A DNA stretch of 64,000 nt, from assembly GCA_036172245.1 (NCBI GenBank), contig JAYWIR010000068.1, positions 1 to 64,000 on the forward strand, written 5' to 3'. The notes under the pieces are model-generated. The model was given only the letters and a program-made list of their open reading frames with translations, did no database searches and was not told the DNA's origin. The stretch is from Raillietiella orientalis. Taxonomy: Eukaryota. Position numbers and translations under genes: made by a program. This document shows, one piece after another, positions 1 to 13,596 of the stretch (its first letter is position 1; every line of letters starts with the position of its first letter).

Positions 1-410
1 TTGTGGAGATCGACCGCGATCGCTAGGGCTCCCTTCCCAGCCCGGGTATCCATTCCCAGCCCAGCTGGCGGTCCCAAAGTGAGGTTGCCAATCTTTCCCC
101 CTGTGTCATTCAGGCAGCGCTGCACATAGAACCATGTGCTCGCGAAGAACAGGTTGGCATCCATACTTCGCCCGGGAACAGCGTACGTCTGCTCCGGGCT
201 AATTATGGAGTCTGCCACCTATCCTAGACGCGAAGCTCACAGTCCAGCGATCAGCTTGGCGTCCGTATTCACGATTGTGATCGGACGCCAATTGCCCAAG
301 GATCTCAGGTCTCCTCACTTCGGGAGGAGCCTCACACGGGCTGACCGAAACGAAGCGGGAACGTCGCCTTCGTCTCGGATCAGCCCGGTCAACTGAAGCA
401 CCAGGGGTGC
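1..410 (-). mobile_element. L1/Tx1-like family B, RT fragment (runs off the window start)
   Basis: Reverse complement closely matches ~34983-35393; encodes APLVLQLTGLIRDEGDVPASFRSARVRLLPK and ALAIAVDLHK. Confidence 0.9.
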
Positions 411-3400
411 CTCCGCGCGTTTATTCGGAGCTTCAGGATGCAGAGACTTCAGGACTGGGACCGCTTTAAGCAGTCGGTCCAGGAGTTCTGCGACCAGTTC
501 CCCCTGCATCGCCTACCTGCGGGATTTGGGGAGGGGCCGCGTAACGAAAGGTGCTATCTTCAGGCCCGACGTAACGCAACAACCCCCGACATGCGCAGGT
601 TAGCAGAGTATCGAGCGGGAGCCGAGAGGCAAGCCTGGCAATCCGGGTCGGCCAGCTTGCTGGACGACCAGGGCCGGGAGCACTCGGTTCCCGCTCAGAA
701 ACGCGGGATAGTGAGGAAATTTTACTCCTCCCTGTACGCCAGGGCGCCTCCGTAGCGAGACGTCTCACGACTTCTGCTTCCGGAAGGTGCTCCAGCGATT
801 GGGGAGGAGGAGAAAAGAAGCCTCGACGAGCGTTTCACGATGGACGAGATCCTCTCGGCCATCGGAAAGCTCAAGAGGCGGAAGGCTCCAAGGGAAGACG
901 GCCTGCCCGCGGAGTTTTACCAAACTTTCGCGGCTGAGCTTACCCCCCTGGTAGAGCAACTCACCTTGCTGATCCGCGAAACAGGTGACGTTCCCACCTT
1001 GTTTCGTTCAGCAAAGGTGCGGCTCCTTCCTAAGGGAGGAGACCTTAGGAGCATGAACAACTGGCGTCCCATCACAATAGTGAATGCGGACGCCAAGTTG
1101 ATAGCCAAGCTGTGGGCAGAGCGCCTGGGACGGGTCGCCAACATCTTCATCAGCTCGGAACAGACATATGCTGTTCCCGGGCGAAGTATGGAGGCGAACC
1201 TGTTCCACGCTTCCACATGGTTAGAGCTCCAACAAGAAAGGAGCATAATAAGCAACCGGAATTCCGGTGCGTCCGTCGGTGGGGAACATGATGGTCGAAA
1301 GGGGAGAGGAGCCCTCGCGGTCGCAGTCGATTTGCATAAAGCATTCGATTGCGTCGAACAGAATCTCCTTTTGGAGCTTCTGGAACGCTTGGGCTGGCCT
1401 ACCTGCGCTCCAGCTGACGCGACGCGCTTATTAATGTTTTTTTTAGTGGATCCACCGTGTACGGCGTACCGGTGCGACGCGGCATACGGCAGGGAGACAG
1501 CCTCAGCCCCTTGCTCTTCAGCGCCTATTTCGAATTGGTGCTGAGAGCGTACAGGGAGACTCTGGCGCACCTGCCGTGCGATTGTCCCGGTATGCCTGCG
1601 GTTTCGGCGTACGCGGACGATCTTCTGCTGCTGCTGCCTATGTCCACCCCGGCCTCGGCGGTCGAGGACTTCTTCGACCTGCTGAGTCGTGGAACAGGGC
1701 TGACGGTGAACAGGGCGAAGTCGTCCGTCATGCCAGTCGGAGCGGCGTGGGCAGGGCAGCAGGACTGGGTCCGTTTGGGGATCCCCACGGTGAGGTACTT
1801 CAAGTACCTTGGTGTGCCGTTGGGGGAGTACTCCCCTGCGGAAGCGTGGTCCGGCTGCCTTCAGAAGGCTCAGGCGGCGATCGGCCCGTTCCAGGACGGT
1901 AGGTTCTACCTGCAGGAACGGGCCGCGGCGTGGAACGCGTTTGCGGCCCCCCTCCTTCGCCCCTTGCTTTTTTTTGCCCCCCCTCAGCGGAGTCAAAGAA
2001 GAGGACGAAGGACCTCCTGAGGATCGCCCTTTGGGGCAGAGGGAGGCCCCGAGTCCGTCTTTCGGACTTGTGCGCTCCTCGTCGGGATGGTGGTCTGGGC
2101 CTCCTGACGTTGGAGCGGCTGGAGCTACAGCTCCAGTTACGAGTTGTTGCCTTTATGGCAGGAAATTGGTGCACCCCTTGGTGCCTCCCTGCACGTCTCC
2201 TCGTCGAGCGGGCCACCGGCAATGCGGGACTCTCGTCCTACTTTGCACTCCGAAGCGCCATCTGCCACTGCGGACTTCAGCTTCCTAGGGCGGCCAAGCT
2301 GGTAAAGACCAACTCGGAGCGGATCCTCGTACGCCCCGGGAACGGTCCTGTCTGGCTGCAGGAAACCGTCCGCACGTGGGCGATGACTCAGGAGCAGAGC
2401 CCGCAACACGAGCGAATAGCCCTGTTCGGGCCACACGCCCGCCGCACGCTCCGAGAAATCATCGAGGATCCCCGAAGGAGAGCGTGGGCACAAAGAACCT
2501 CCCTTGCTGCGGTGCTGCCTACTTCAAGGGAACATCTGGGCAGTGACGTCGCGGCACAATAAGAGGTTACTTTCAAGATCTTCGAAAGAAAGAAGATCGG
2601 GGATTGGAGAACCGGTCAGCTGACCAACGCTGCGACCCGAGGACCACCCCACACGGACTCTTGCGCTGGGGCGAGCTACTGGATGTTCCTGAGGAACATC
2701 TGGAGTGGCTTCCGATGCTCATGGACTCCCGAACCCTCCCCATGAAGTGCCAACATTCGGCACTCCTGGTGTTGCATTGGAGCCTCTTTAGCAACGCCCG
2801 CCGACACCACTGGACTCGAGGGGGTGTCAACCCCAATTGTGTCAGGTGCGGGGAGAGGGAATACTTCCCCCACCTGTTAGTGGAATGTGTTGCCCTCCGT
2901 CCCTTGTGAGAACGCTTTGCCGCGGCCCTGTGGATTCCCGGAGGCAACCCCAGAGACGCTTTGCGCCCCCTCTTCGTCCGGGGCCCCCCTTCCTCCGGCG
3001 GCCTCGCTTGCAGCCCTGTGCTGCCTACGCGGGATCTTCGTGGCCTGGAGCAAAGGGACGGGAGGCTCCAGCGGCAGGGACGCCACCGTGTTCGCCGCTT
3101 GTTTCCTAAGGATGGCGACGCGATGGCCTCATCTGAAATCCACCATTCAGCGACAGCTTCCCGGCATCCTCCAGAGGATGACGGACCCTCCCAGCAGACA
3201 GTGTACTTTTCCCGCTCCCTCCCCGGTTTTGTTTATTTCTTTGTTTTCTTTTTCTTCGATTCCCCCTCCCCTCTGCTGTCGAGGTAGACCGCGCTGGTCT
3301 GCGCACCGTTAGCCCAGTAGGCTGAATGTTTCTTTGGCGTGGCTGGACTATTGGTCCAGTCACAGTATAGATATGTCTATTTTAAAAAATAAACCTCCCG

Positions 3401-3416
3401 GCGTACCGGGTTTCAA
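411..3416 (+). mobile_element. L1/Tx1-like family A, 3' half (RT, C-terminal zinc domain, 3' UTR), disrupted
   Basis: NWRPITIVN, VDLHKAFD, GIRQGDSLSP, YADD and CVRCGE..HLL motifs spread over several frames; pyrimidine-rich UTR; AATAAA-hairpin end at 3388-3416. Confidence 0.93.
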
Positions 3417-3940
3417 GAAAGACTCTGAAGACGACGCCTCTCAGGAATTTGCGAAGGTGTTCGTTCGCACCTGAGAGTCGCGTCTAGTCCTTCGGGAGAC
3501 GCCACACCCTGGGTTTCAGGCTCATCGGTTAGGAGGCGGAGATTGAAATCTATCGCTATCAGTTGAGCCTTTTGCACGTTCGTGTTTGCCAGCCAGTCGC
3601 TATTCAGGGATTTCAGCAACCTTTTACGGTCGGAATAAGCTCTTTTGCCGCTGGGGGCGTACACATTCGTGACGATCAGATCGATCGAGTCGGACCAGCT
3701 TTGAGTCAGCTGACTGACTCGAGCGTCGTCATCGAAGCGCACGCCCTTCATGGCAGCGTTGATGGCTGGCTTCACGAAGAACGCGACCAAGCAGGTGTGC
3801 GGAGGCCGCGTTGCCAGTACAGCCGACCTCCCGCGATCGTCTCGATCTCCTAGGCATCTGCCGCGGTGATCACGTAGATCTTCTGCAGCAGGGCCAGGTC
3901 GAGCTCACGCAGAGTGTCGGCCGTATCTCGCCTGTTACCC
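3417..3940 (-). mobile_element. Family B endonuclease fragment with an internal deletion
   Basis: VAFFVKPAI and TNVYAPSG motifs; similar to 28200-28945. Confidence 0.85.
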
Positions 3941-3944
3941 TATT

Positions 3945-6773
3945 GTTCGGACGTGAATTCTTGCGCTCCGTCTTTGGTGTTTTTTGCGGCTGTTCCTTTT
4001 GGGTGTGCTTATGTTTTTCATTTAAAAATGAAGCCAGTGCTTGCATATATGGAGGTGGGGAAACCTCCCTGCGTCGCAGGGCCTTCTTCGGGAGGAGTGG
4101 AAGCCTCCACCGATCGTCCCTCGCCTCCAGCGAGAAGTTTTGCCGCCGTTGCTAAGGCAGTGGCGGCCCACAAAGCCCCACCTGACGAGGTAGAGCTGCG
4201 GCGTACGCCGCTAGCGGCTACAATCCCCCTCTGGCCTACAAGGTCAGTGCCGCGTACCAGGATGGGACGGGCGACCAGCTCTGGAACGAGCTCTAACGCG
4301 TAGGGTTCCGAGAGGACGATCTCCTGGCACTTATGCTAGTAAGCGCGGCTGGCCATTGGAAGGTGCACTGCAAGGATGCAGCCCTGGTAAAGCGCCTGCT
4401 GCGAACGCCCCTGAAAATCAGGGGTAAGGAGGTAGTCCCAGGGGTAAGTAGTATCGGCCCTGGACCAATCGTTCGTGGTCCAGCTCTCGGGCATTCGGAA
4501 CGCGACATCATTGTTGCACTCTAGGCGTTCGCCACAGAGCACGCGATGTGGAGGCGCGCGAATTTGATCGACAAAGTCGCGCGCCTCTCTTGCGGACTCG
4601 CAACGGCGCGCGTCACCATGGACGACCGGAGGCTCATGCCTTCCCAGATCCTCCTCGGTGACGTCGTCGTCTACCTCCGGTTTGCCGGGCAAAACCCTGC
4701 TTGCGGCAACTGCGGGAAGGAAGGCCACCGTCCGCGGAAGTGCCCGACATGCAGTTGCCGATACTGTAAGCTGCTCGGCCACTCAATTAACGATTGCGCC
4801 GAGCTATTACGTAGAAGGAGGGCGAGAAACCTCACCGCAACATCGCCTTCCGCGCCGACTCCATCCGCACCGTCGTCAGGGAAGAAATCCGGAGCGAACG
4901 GGGATTCGCAGCGGAAAAGTAAAAAGTCCGCTTGCGCGGGCGATTCTCGGAGCAATGCTCTCCAAAACCCCGCGCAGAAGGACAAGAAGCTTCTCCAAGC
5001 TGCTTCAGTAAAGCCCCGTGCGATCCAGCTCGCCGAAAACATCGGGCAGGCTGCGAAACCTCCGCTTCAGTCCGCTCTCGCTTTGGAGCGAAATAGCGGT
5101 GGCACGCCCGATAGGTCCAACGGAGAATCGAAAAAGGGTTCGCGCGCCCCTTTGCTCACGACAGGCAAGCCGGCCACGGCGAGACGAACGCCAGCAAAGA
5201 CTGAAAAGCCTCGCGCGACCACCGAGAATACCGCCACTCTGCCCGCACCTTCCGGTAAGGAGGTGCAAAAGGCAGACGCAGCGAAGGAGACACTGGCCTC
5301 CATCGCCGTATCCGAGGCCTTGGAAAGGATGCAAGGGACCCTGGAAGCCCTCGCGCTCAACCGAGGAAAACCGGAAGGCGGCGAGGATGGCTGGATTTTT
5401 GTTAAGGGAAGAAAGAAGAAGCGAAAACCGCGCGATCCTTTCCACTTCCCGATTAAAAAGGTAGGAGGGGTGAAGAGGCAGCCACGCGAGCCAAGGAAGG
5501 CGCAAGAAAAAGCCTGTGCTGCCGCAGCGCGCGCCGTCGTAAACACCAGCGGCGAGAGGGGAGCTACCGAAGCCGTGACCCCGGAAGGGGGATCGGGGAC
5601 GAAGGCACCCTCTAAGAGTGCTGGACCAGCTCCGGGATGCCAGCAAAATCAGAGGCAGAAAAAACGCTTGCCGCGCGCGCGCAATTCGGACTCCGAGGTG
5701 GAGTTCGAGGGCAGCGCTAAGGCGCGCCAAGCTTCGGTCAAGCCCAGGGCTGCGCGCAAGCCAAAACTTGCCAGGCAAGTGACTGCTGCCGGGAACGGTT
5801 CCCAATGCTCCTCGGAGCCCCAGGCAATGGATCTCGACTCCACCGAGCCAGCCGCGAGCGGCGCGGCGGGGACAGGAAGCGCTTGCGCTACCTCATCCGT
5901 TGTGCTTCCTGCTGCTGCCTCGCCGGACGGAACGAGGAACGCACCTCCATGTCCGCAGCAGCAATTCGTGGTCTCGCTTCTTCCCGTCGTGTCCGAGTGG
6001 CCTGTTGGAACGTCAACGTGCTGCAGGACAACGAGAAGAGGGGATTGGTTGCCAACGTCATTGCGCGACTTCGATCTGGCCCTGCTGCAGGAGATTCAAG
6101 CACTCTCCGAGCAGCAAGCGGCCGATCTGCAAGTTCGCGCAGGCGGGACGCTCCTTCAAAGGTCAGGCTCCCAGAATACCTGCGGAGTCGCATTCCTTGT
6201 CCGGGGCAGGGTGCCCGGAGCGATGCGGAGCGTTTGTTTCGACGAGGTAGGTCGTGTCGGCCAACTTGTTCTCAAGTGGTCCGAATCGATCAACCTTGTT
6301 GTCACGAACGTGTACGCGCCGAGCGGCTCCGCGCGTCACACAGATTAACTGAAGTTTTTCGAGAGACTGAACGACCGCTGGCTCAGCAACTCCGGCCCCG
6401 ACGTGGCTTACCTCGAAGCCGGAGACTTCAACGTCCACGCGCTATCAGAGGAGTCTTACCGTCGCCGGGAGAAACGGCTGGTGAACGAGGTGTGCGCGTC
6501 CGTGCACGCCTCGAAATTGCTGGCCGACGATCCCGAGATGCGCGCTTTGCCGGACCATATGTTCCTCGACGATCACGTGCATTGTCGGGTGGGTCGAATA
6601 GGTCCCGTGCCGTCCGAGCCTTCCGACTACTACAGGCTGGAGTTCTAGCTACTCCCGCCTGGAAAGGGTCCTCCGACGCACGTCTGGAGGTTGCCGGCCG
6701 ACTGGTTGTGAAATCCGGTGGCTGCAAAGCACCTCCGCCAGCATCTCCTGACCTTGGCCGTTCGAGAGCTCGT
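3945..6773 (+). mobile_element. Family C 5' half: 5' UTR, ORF1 and APE endonuclease, disrupted
   Basis: CGGACGTG at 3948; CGNCGKEGHRPRKC and CRYCKLLGHSINDC knuckles; ACWNVN, LLQEI, NVYAPS, AGDFN. Confidence 0.9.
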
Positions 6774-8886
6774 TTTTCACCCGGTTGCGCCGTAGCGTTT
6801 ATTCTTTAAAATAAAACCAACGTAGATGGCTGACCAGTGCTCTGGTCACGCACTGCTATACAAAATTAAGCCTGCCGGGTCATAAATTCATATTCCACAC
6901 GGTCCACCACGACAGCAGAGGGGCCAAGGACAAAACGAAAAATAAAACAAAAAAAAAAAATTTTTAATCAAGATCTGGGGGGAACGAGAAGGGATCACAG
7001 TCTTCTGTGGGACCGTTACATCGTTTGCAGGATGCCGGCAAGCTGTCTTTGGATGTTTGAATCCAGATGGGTCCATCCTGTCGCCGTCCGCATAAATTCG
7101 GCTGCGCACTGTACGGCACCCTTATCGCGAGGTCCTCCCGTTGCTTTGCTCCATGCAGCTACGATCCCCTGAAAGCAGCACAGAGCTGCTAACGCGGTCG
7201 AGGGCCGAAGGGCGTCGCAAACGAAGAGGGATCTAATTGCGTCTCTGGGGTTGCCACAGGGGTTACCGATTTCCGCGGCAAAACGGTTCCAAAGGGGCCG
7301 AAGAGCCACACAATCCAAAAGGAGGTCAGTGAGGGACTCCCGTTCTCCACACCTCGCACAATTAGGGCTCACCGCTGCCCAGGTCCAATGGTGTCGGCGG
7401 GCGTTGCAGGGGAGTCCCCAATGCAGCAACAATAGCGTTGACTCCTGCCATTTTGAGGAGAGGATGGAGGTGTTCATCAGCACCGGAAGACACTTTAATT
7501 GTTCTTGCAGAACATTAAGCAGCTCGCCCTAGCGCAAAAGTCTAATAAGGGTGGTAGTCCGGGGCGAGGTATCGCAGAGAATTCCCGTTTTCCATTCCCC
7601 GATCTTTTTCTCCGTACCGGAGATTTTGATGTAAACATCCCATTTCGCAGCAGTGTTGCTGTTTAAATGTTCCGCGAGCGGAAACAGCATTGCAGCGAGG
7701 GGAGTTTTTCTTGCCCACGCTCGTTTTTGGGGGTTCTCCAGGACCTCCTGGAGAGTCAGGCGGTCATTACGAGCGAAGAACTGTCTCTGCCTTTCTTGGG
7801 TGCGTTGCTGGTTGCTCCTCGCCCACGTCTGAACCGTTTCCTGCAGCCATGCAGGTTCGTTAACGGGGCGACAGCAGAGCAATCCTGCGTTCTTTCTCAT
7901 CAGGTCAGCCACTCTCCGTAGCTTCAACCCGCAGTGACCGACTTGGCGGCGCCGACTGAGCGCAAGGAAGGATGACAGTCCCACCTTGCCTGTAGCCTGC
8001 TCGACGAGGAGACGTGCTGGCTCGCACCAGCTGCTATTCGAATATTTTGCCACTAGGGCGTGTAATTGAAACTGGAGCTGGAGCTCCAGCAGCTCTAGAG
8101 TCAGGAGACCGAGACCGCCGTCCCGACGCGGAGCGCTCAAGTCCTCAGGCCGGACTCGGGCCCTCCCATTACCCCACAGGGCAATCTTTAGGAGGTCCTT
8201 CGTCTGCTTTTTAGTCTCTGTGGTGTGGGGACAATTAAATAGCAGGGAACGGAGGAGGGGCGCCGCAAATGCGTTCCACACCGCGGCCCGTTCCTGCAGG
8301 AAAAACCTGCGGCCTTGGAACGGGCCGATCGCCGTCTCTACCATTTCAAGGCAGCTGGACCACGCATCCGAAGGGAGATAATCACCCATCTGTACACCGA
8401 GGTACTTGAAGTACCGTACCGTGGGGATCCCCAAACGGACCCAGTCCGGCTGCCCTACCCACGCCGCACAGATTGGCATGACGCACGACTTCGCCCTGTT
8501 CACCTCAAGCCCGGTTCCCCGACTTAGCAGGTCGAAGAACTCCTCGACCGTCGATTCCGGGGTGGACATAGGGAGCAGCAGCGGTAGGTCGTCCGCATAT
8601 GCTGACACCGCGGGCGCACCGGGATAGTCGCGCGGCAGGTGCGCTACAGTTTCCCTGGACGCTCTCATTACCAACTCGAAGTAGGTACTGAAGAGCAAGG
8701 GACTCAGGCTGTCTCCCTGACGTATTCCGCTTTGCACCGGTACGCCGTGCACGGTGTGTCCACTGAAAAAGATCTGGATGAGCGCGTCGCGCCAGCAGGA
8801 TCGCAGGTAGGTCAGCAAAGAGACCGGGAAGCCCAAGCGTTCCAGGAGCTCCAGGAGGAGCCTCTGCTCGACACAGTCGAATGCTT
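6774..8886 (-). mobile_element. Family D 3' half (RT from KAFD onward, zinc domain, 3' UTR)
   Basis: ORF 7529-8836 has GIRQGDSLSP, YADD, FKYLG; ORF 7016-7483 has CARCGE; terminal hairpin ~6774-6803. Confidence 0.92.
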
Positions 8887-9230
8887 ATCCGTGAACTCGT
8901 GGACTGGGACGATCTGAAAAGATCGGTCCGCGAGTTCTGCTGCCAGTTCTTTTTGCACCTGCTTCCCCACGGCTTCGGGAGGGGTGTCGCGAACAGCAGA
9001 TCCTTTCTGCAGGCGCGTGCCTTCTCCCGATGCCCGGACGTCCGGCGTCTGGCGGAGTACAAGGCCAGAGCCGAGCGCCAGGTTTGGCAGTCTGGAGCGG
9101 CTTGTCTGCTCGATGATGCTAGCCAGGAATGCTCGGATGCAGCCGACGTGCGACGCGTAGTTGAGCGCTAGTACTTGCCCATACAGTAAGATCAGTTCAG
9201 AAAGATCACCGGCACGCCGGTTGCCTTCCA
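8887..9230 (+). mobile_element. Family C-like ORF2 fragment resuming after the D insertion
   Basis: IRELVDWDDLKRSVREFC continues the reading broken at 6773. Confidence 0.85.
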
Positions 9231-12200
9231 AAAGAAAGGAACGGAGGAAGAGGGATACAAAATAAACAAAACATAAGAGAACAAACAGAAAAAACTGTGG
9301 AGGGTGGGGTCAGGGATCTTTGGTAGTAAACGTTCCTAATCTTTCTAGAAGCGCTGTTTGACAATGGTGACTTCCCTGGAGACTTTTCTGGGCAGATGAA
9401 GCCACCTGACAGCTGCTTTCATGAGGTTCGCAGCGATTCTGGCGGCGTCCGTTCGCTGCGAGCTTCTTTCTAGTTTACGGCGGGCGATCACGATGGCGGG
9501 GATGCAAGAGATTGTTACGATAACAGCGCCTTTATCCAGACCGTCCTTGCTGAAGAAGCGTCGAAGCAGGTCTGTGGCAGTGTCCTGAGGACGACGAAGT
9601 GCCGAAGGAAGTCTCCGCCATAACTCCCGCAAGTCACTACACTCAAGGAGCAGGTGCGTAAACGATTCTATCGCCCCGCACCTGAGGCAGTTCGGGGAGA
9701 CGACTCCCCCTGTAACCAAGTTTCTGCGCTTATTGCACTGGAATCCCCAGTGCAGAAAAAGAAAAACATCCTGTTTCCATCGAAGCGGGAACACGGATCT
9801 GTCCACACACAAGGAAGGTACCACGAGATCTTCGGGGAGTAATCCAAGAACCTCACTCCAACGCAGAAGTCCCTTTGCCAGGTAACGAGGAGTGGCAGCG
9901 TCTACCAACACGCTCGTTCTGCAGCCGCTCAGCAGTCTTCTCACTCCTGCAATGCTGCAGAAGAGCTCCCACCTTGCCGGTTGGCTACTGTCGTTGTTTG
10001 CCCTGAGAGCAGACAGCGCTGCGGCGATGGGTGAAACGACTATCCGGGAACAAAGCGACCAGTCCTGTAGGATCACTCCTAGCGGTTTGCGTAAGAGGCC
10101 CTCTAAGGGTTGCAGTTGCTCTGGGCGCACATCCAACGTGGACGTCCAGTGCTCCAGAGCTACCTGCTGCCAAGCATTCCAATTCGAGGGGCGGCAGGAA
10201 ATCCAGGAATGGGCTAACAGCAACGAGGACAAATGCCTCAGTGGGTAGCCAAATCCAGTTCTCCGGCGAAGGTTGGGCGGCAGCAACGAAAGCAATCCTG
10301 CACTGCCGACACATCGCTGGAGAATATGACGAGCCGGAGCACACCAGTGACTAGACTACAATTTCCCACATAGGGATAGAAGCCGGAACTGCACTTGCAG
10401 TCCAATCTTCTGGATGCTCAGGATGCCCAGATCTGCGTCCTGGCATGGCGCCACCAAATCTTTAAGGCGAACCCTGGATCGCGCAGCGCCCCACAAGACC
10501 TTACGTAGGAGACGCTGCGCCCGGAGTTTAACCACATACGAAGGCGGAAAAATAAAAAATAAAAAGCGGAGGAGGGGGGCAAGGAAAGTGTTCCATATGC
10601 ACGCCCTTTCCGGCAAGACGAACTTGCCTTCCAGGAAATTACCTAGAGCCATCTCTGCCTTTTGAAGACGGGCCGACCACGATTCAGACGAGCAGAAGTC
10701 GGCCAACGGTACGCCAAGGTACTTGAAGTACCTCACCGTGGGGATCCCCAGGCGGATCCAGTCGGCCTGTCCCTCCCACGACGCACCCACTGGCATGACG
10801 GAGCACTTCGCCCTGCTAACGCTCATGCCCGCTCCACGACGGATCAGCTCGAAGAAGTCTTGGACCGAGTCCGGCCGAGTAGACATGGGCAACAGAAGCA
10901 AAAGGTCGTCGGCGTATGCTCTCGCGGACGGAGTGCACGGAGAGGCGCTGGGCAGGACGGCCAGCGTCAGCCTCTACCCTTTTAGCACCAACTCAAAGTA
11001 GATGCTGAATAGCAACGGGCTTAAGCTGTCGCCCTGTCTGATGCCTCTGCGCACGGCCACTTCGCACACGCGGGAGCCACTGAAATAGAAGTTGATAATC
11101 GCGTGGCGCCAGCAGATGCGCAAGTACAGGAGAAGATGATTCGGAAGCCCAAGACGCTCCAGGAGCTCCAAGAGGAATTCCTGGTTTACGCAGTGGAATG
11201 CTTTCTGCAAATCTACTGCTACTGCCAAGGCTCTGGCCATTCTCCCGTCCGTCCGCACTGGCGCACGCAGTCGGCAGAAGGTCTTGCCGCTGTTCGGCTA
11301 TCTGCCGCAACGCGCTCTTGAAGCTGCCACCAGGTGCGCGCGAAAAGAAGGTTCGCATCCATGGATCTACCCGGTACAGCGTAAGACTGCTCCGGGCTTA
11401 CTGCGGACTCCGCGACTTTCCCTAAACGCGTGACCCACAGCTTCGAAAACAACTTGACGTCCGTATTCACTGATGTGATCGGACGCCAGTTGTTGAGTTG
11501 GCGCAGATCCCCTCCTTTCGGAAGGAGACGCACCCTTGCTGAGCGGAAGGAAGAAGGGACATCGCCCGTCACCCTCATCAGCGTCGAGATTCTAAGAACC
11601 AGAGGGGCGAGTTCCGCCGCGAAGCTCTGATAGAACTCCGCGGGCAGTCCGTCCTCACCTGGCGTCTCTTGTCTCTTGAGTCCTGCGATGGCGGAAGAAA
11701 CTTCCTCCAACGTGAAGGGCTCGTCGGGACGATCGCGTTCCTCCTCGCCGATGCCATGTGCAGCCCGCGGCAAAAGTAGTTCGGAGATGACTCTTTCCGT
11801 CGGGGAATTAGCGTAGAGCAAGGAGAAGTGACGCTTTAGTGCTCGCCGCACTTCGGCAGGAGCCGTAAATTACCGGCCTTGGTCGTCGAGCAGAATAGCC
11901 GCTCCAGACTGCCAGACCTGCCGCTCGGCCCTCGCCTTGTACTCTGCGAATTGCCGGACTTCCGCACGTCTCGAGAAGGTGCGCGCCTGCAGAAATGCTC
12001 TGCTATTCGCCACGCCTTCCCCGAAGCCGCGTGGTAGCAGGTGCAGGGGGAACCGGTCGCAAACCTCGCGAACCGATCTTTTGAGGTGGTCCCAGTCTAA
12101 GTGATCCGCAATGGCAAAGCCGCGAAGGAACTGGTGAAGATGCTTCGCCGCTTCCGGGTGACAGCCAATCCGCCGGCATCCTCCAAACATTGTTTGGAGG

Positions 12201-13596
12201 TACCTTGCCCAGCAGGAGTAGCTCGAACTCCAGCCTATCATGGTCCGATAACGTGCACGGCACCCTGCCTCTCCTTCCCAATCGCGAGAGTAGGTGTTCA
12301 TCGAGGTAGAGGTGATCCACGCACCTTTCCAGTCCAGGCTCGCCGGCTTTCAAGTTACGCGCGTGCACCGACGCGCATGCCTCTTCTTCCCGCGACCGTT
12401 CCGCCAGGGACCGCGTCTCGTTGGAAAGCAGGTGGACGTTGAAGTCCCCTGCGACGAGATGCGCCACTCTGGCTCCGGAGTTTCTGAGCCATTAGCTCTC
12501 CAGCACGTCGAAGAACTCGATTCTTTCGACACGCCGATCAAACCTGCTCGGCGCTTAGACGAACGTTACGACGAGGTCGATTGAATCTGACCACTTCAGT
12601 ACAAGTTGGCCCATTCGCCCTTCCTGGTCGAATCGAACGCTACGCACCGCTCCCGCCATCCTACTATTAACGAGAAACCCGACTCCGCACGATTGTGCAG
12701 AACCTTCTCTCCAGTACAGGGTGCCACCCGCGCGCTGTTCGGTTTCCGCAACCTCCGCATCGGAGATGTCATGCATCTCCTGAAGGATCGCCAAATCGAA
12801 ATGTCGCAGGGTGTCTGACACGTCGCGGCTCTTTCCGTCCTTGCACAGCCCATTGACGTTTCAACAGGCTACGCTGAATCGACGAAAAGATGCGACTACC
12901 TGCATTAAGGCTGGGAAGGTGAGCACAAATTTCTCGCCTTGTCTGGCGAGTGGTCACGAGACAGAGCGTTTGATCTCGGAGACTGGACATCTCCATTCAA
13001 AGCCGCACTGCTTGTTGCCGGTAGCTCATAGGTGAGGTCCTTTTCCTCCTCTTTGCTCCCCAGCAACAGTTCCTCCTCGGCAACTACGCGCTTGCGGGTC
13101 TTCGGGAGGCGATTGCGCGGTTTCGGGCGGTTGTCGCGCTGTGTGTTCTTTCTTTCGGACTCTGGATCAGAATCCGACAGTCGAGGGCTTGCCAGGCGCT
13201 GCTGCTGTTTCCCGGAATTACGGAAATCGTTCGCTGCCTGTTTTTTAGCGCTTTCTGCAACTGCGGCTGGGACTTTCGTCCTTTTAGCCGCAGCAGCAGC
13301 TTCCCGCTCCAGCCGCGAGAGGACGATTGCGCAGGAGGAAAGAATCGCAATCTTTTTCTGGGAAGGTTTCGCGGGTTTCTTTCGCCCACTCACCTTCACA
13401 CAGAGCTGCGAAGACCTTGATGGTTTCTTTCTAATGATCTTTCTCGCCTGCATCCAGCCGTCTTCCTCCGCGTCGCAGTTATCTTTACCATCCTGAGATG
13501 GCGCTGCTCCCACCGATGTAAGAGGCGTTGCTTTGGCTGCCTCTTCGAAATCTGCCTCAACGCAGGCGTAAGCAACTCCTCTAGCGATCGCGAGAG
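9231..13596 (-). mobile_element. Family E: end of ORF1 and a complete but disrupted ORF2; 3' terminus lost
   Basis: AGDFN, SDH, NWRPIT, GIRQGDSLSP, FKYLG and CLRCGAIESFTHLLLEC across ORFs 9345-12821. Confidence 0.9.

Noticed and set aside
3270..3365. snRNA, tRNA or HDV-like ribozyme in the 3' UTR
   Set aside because: No recognisable U2 sequence, tRNA boxes or nested pseudoknot by eye; kept only as a generic structure
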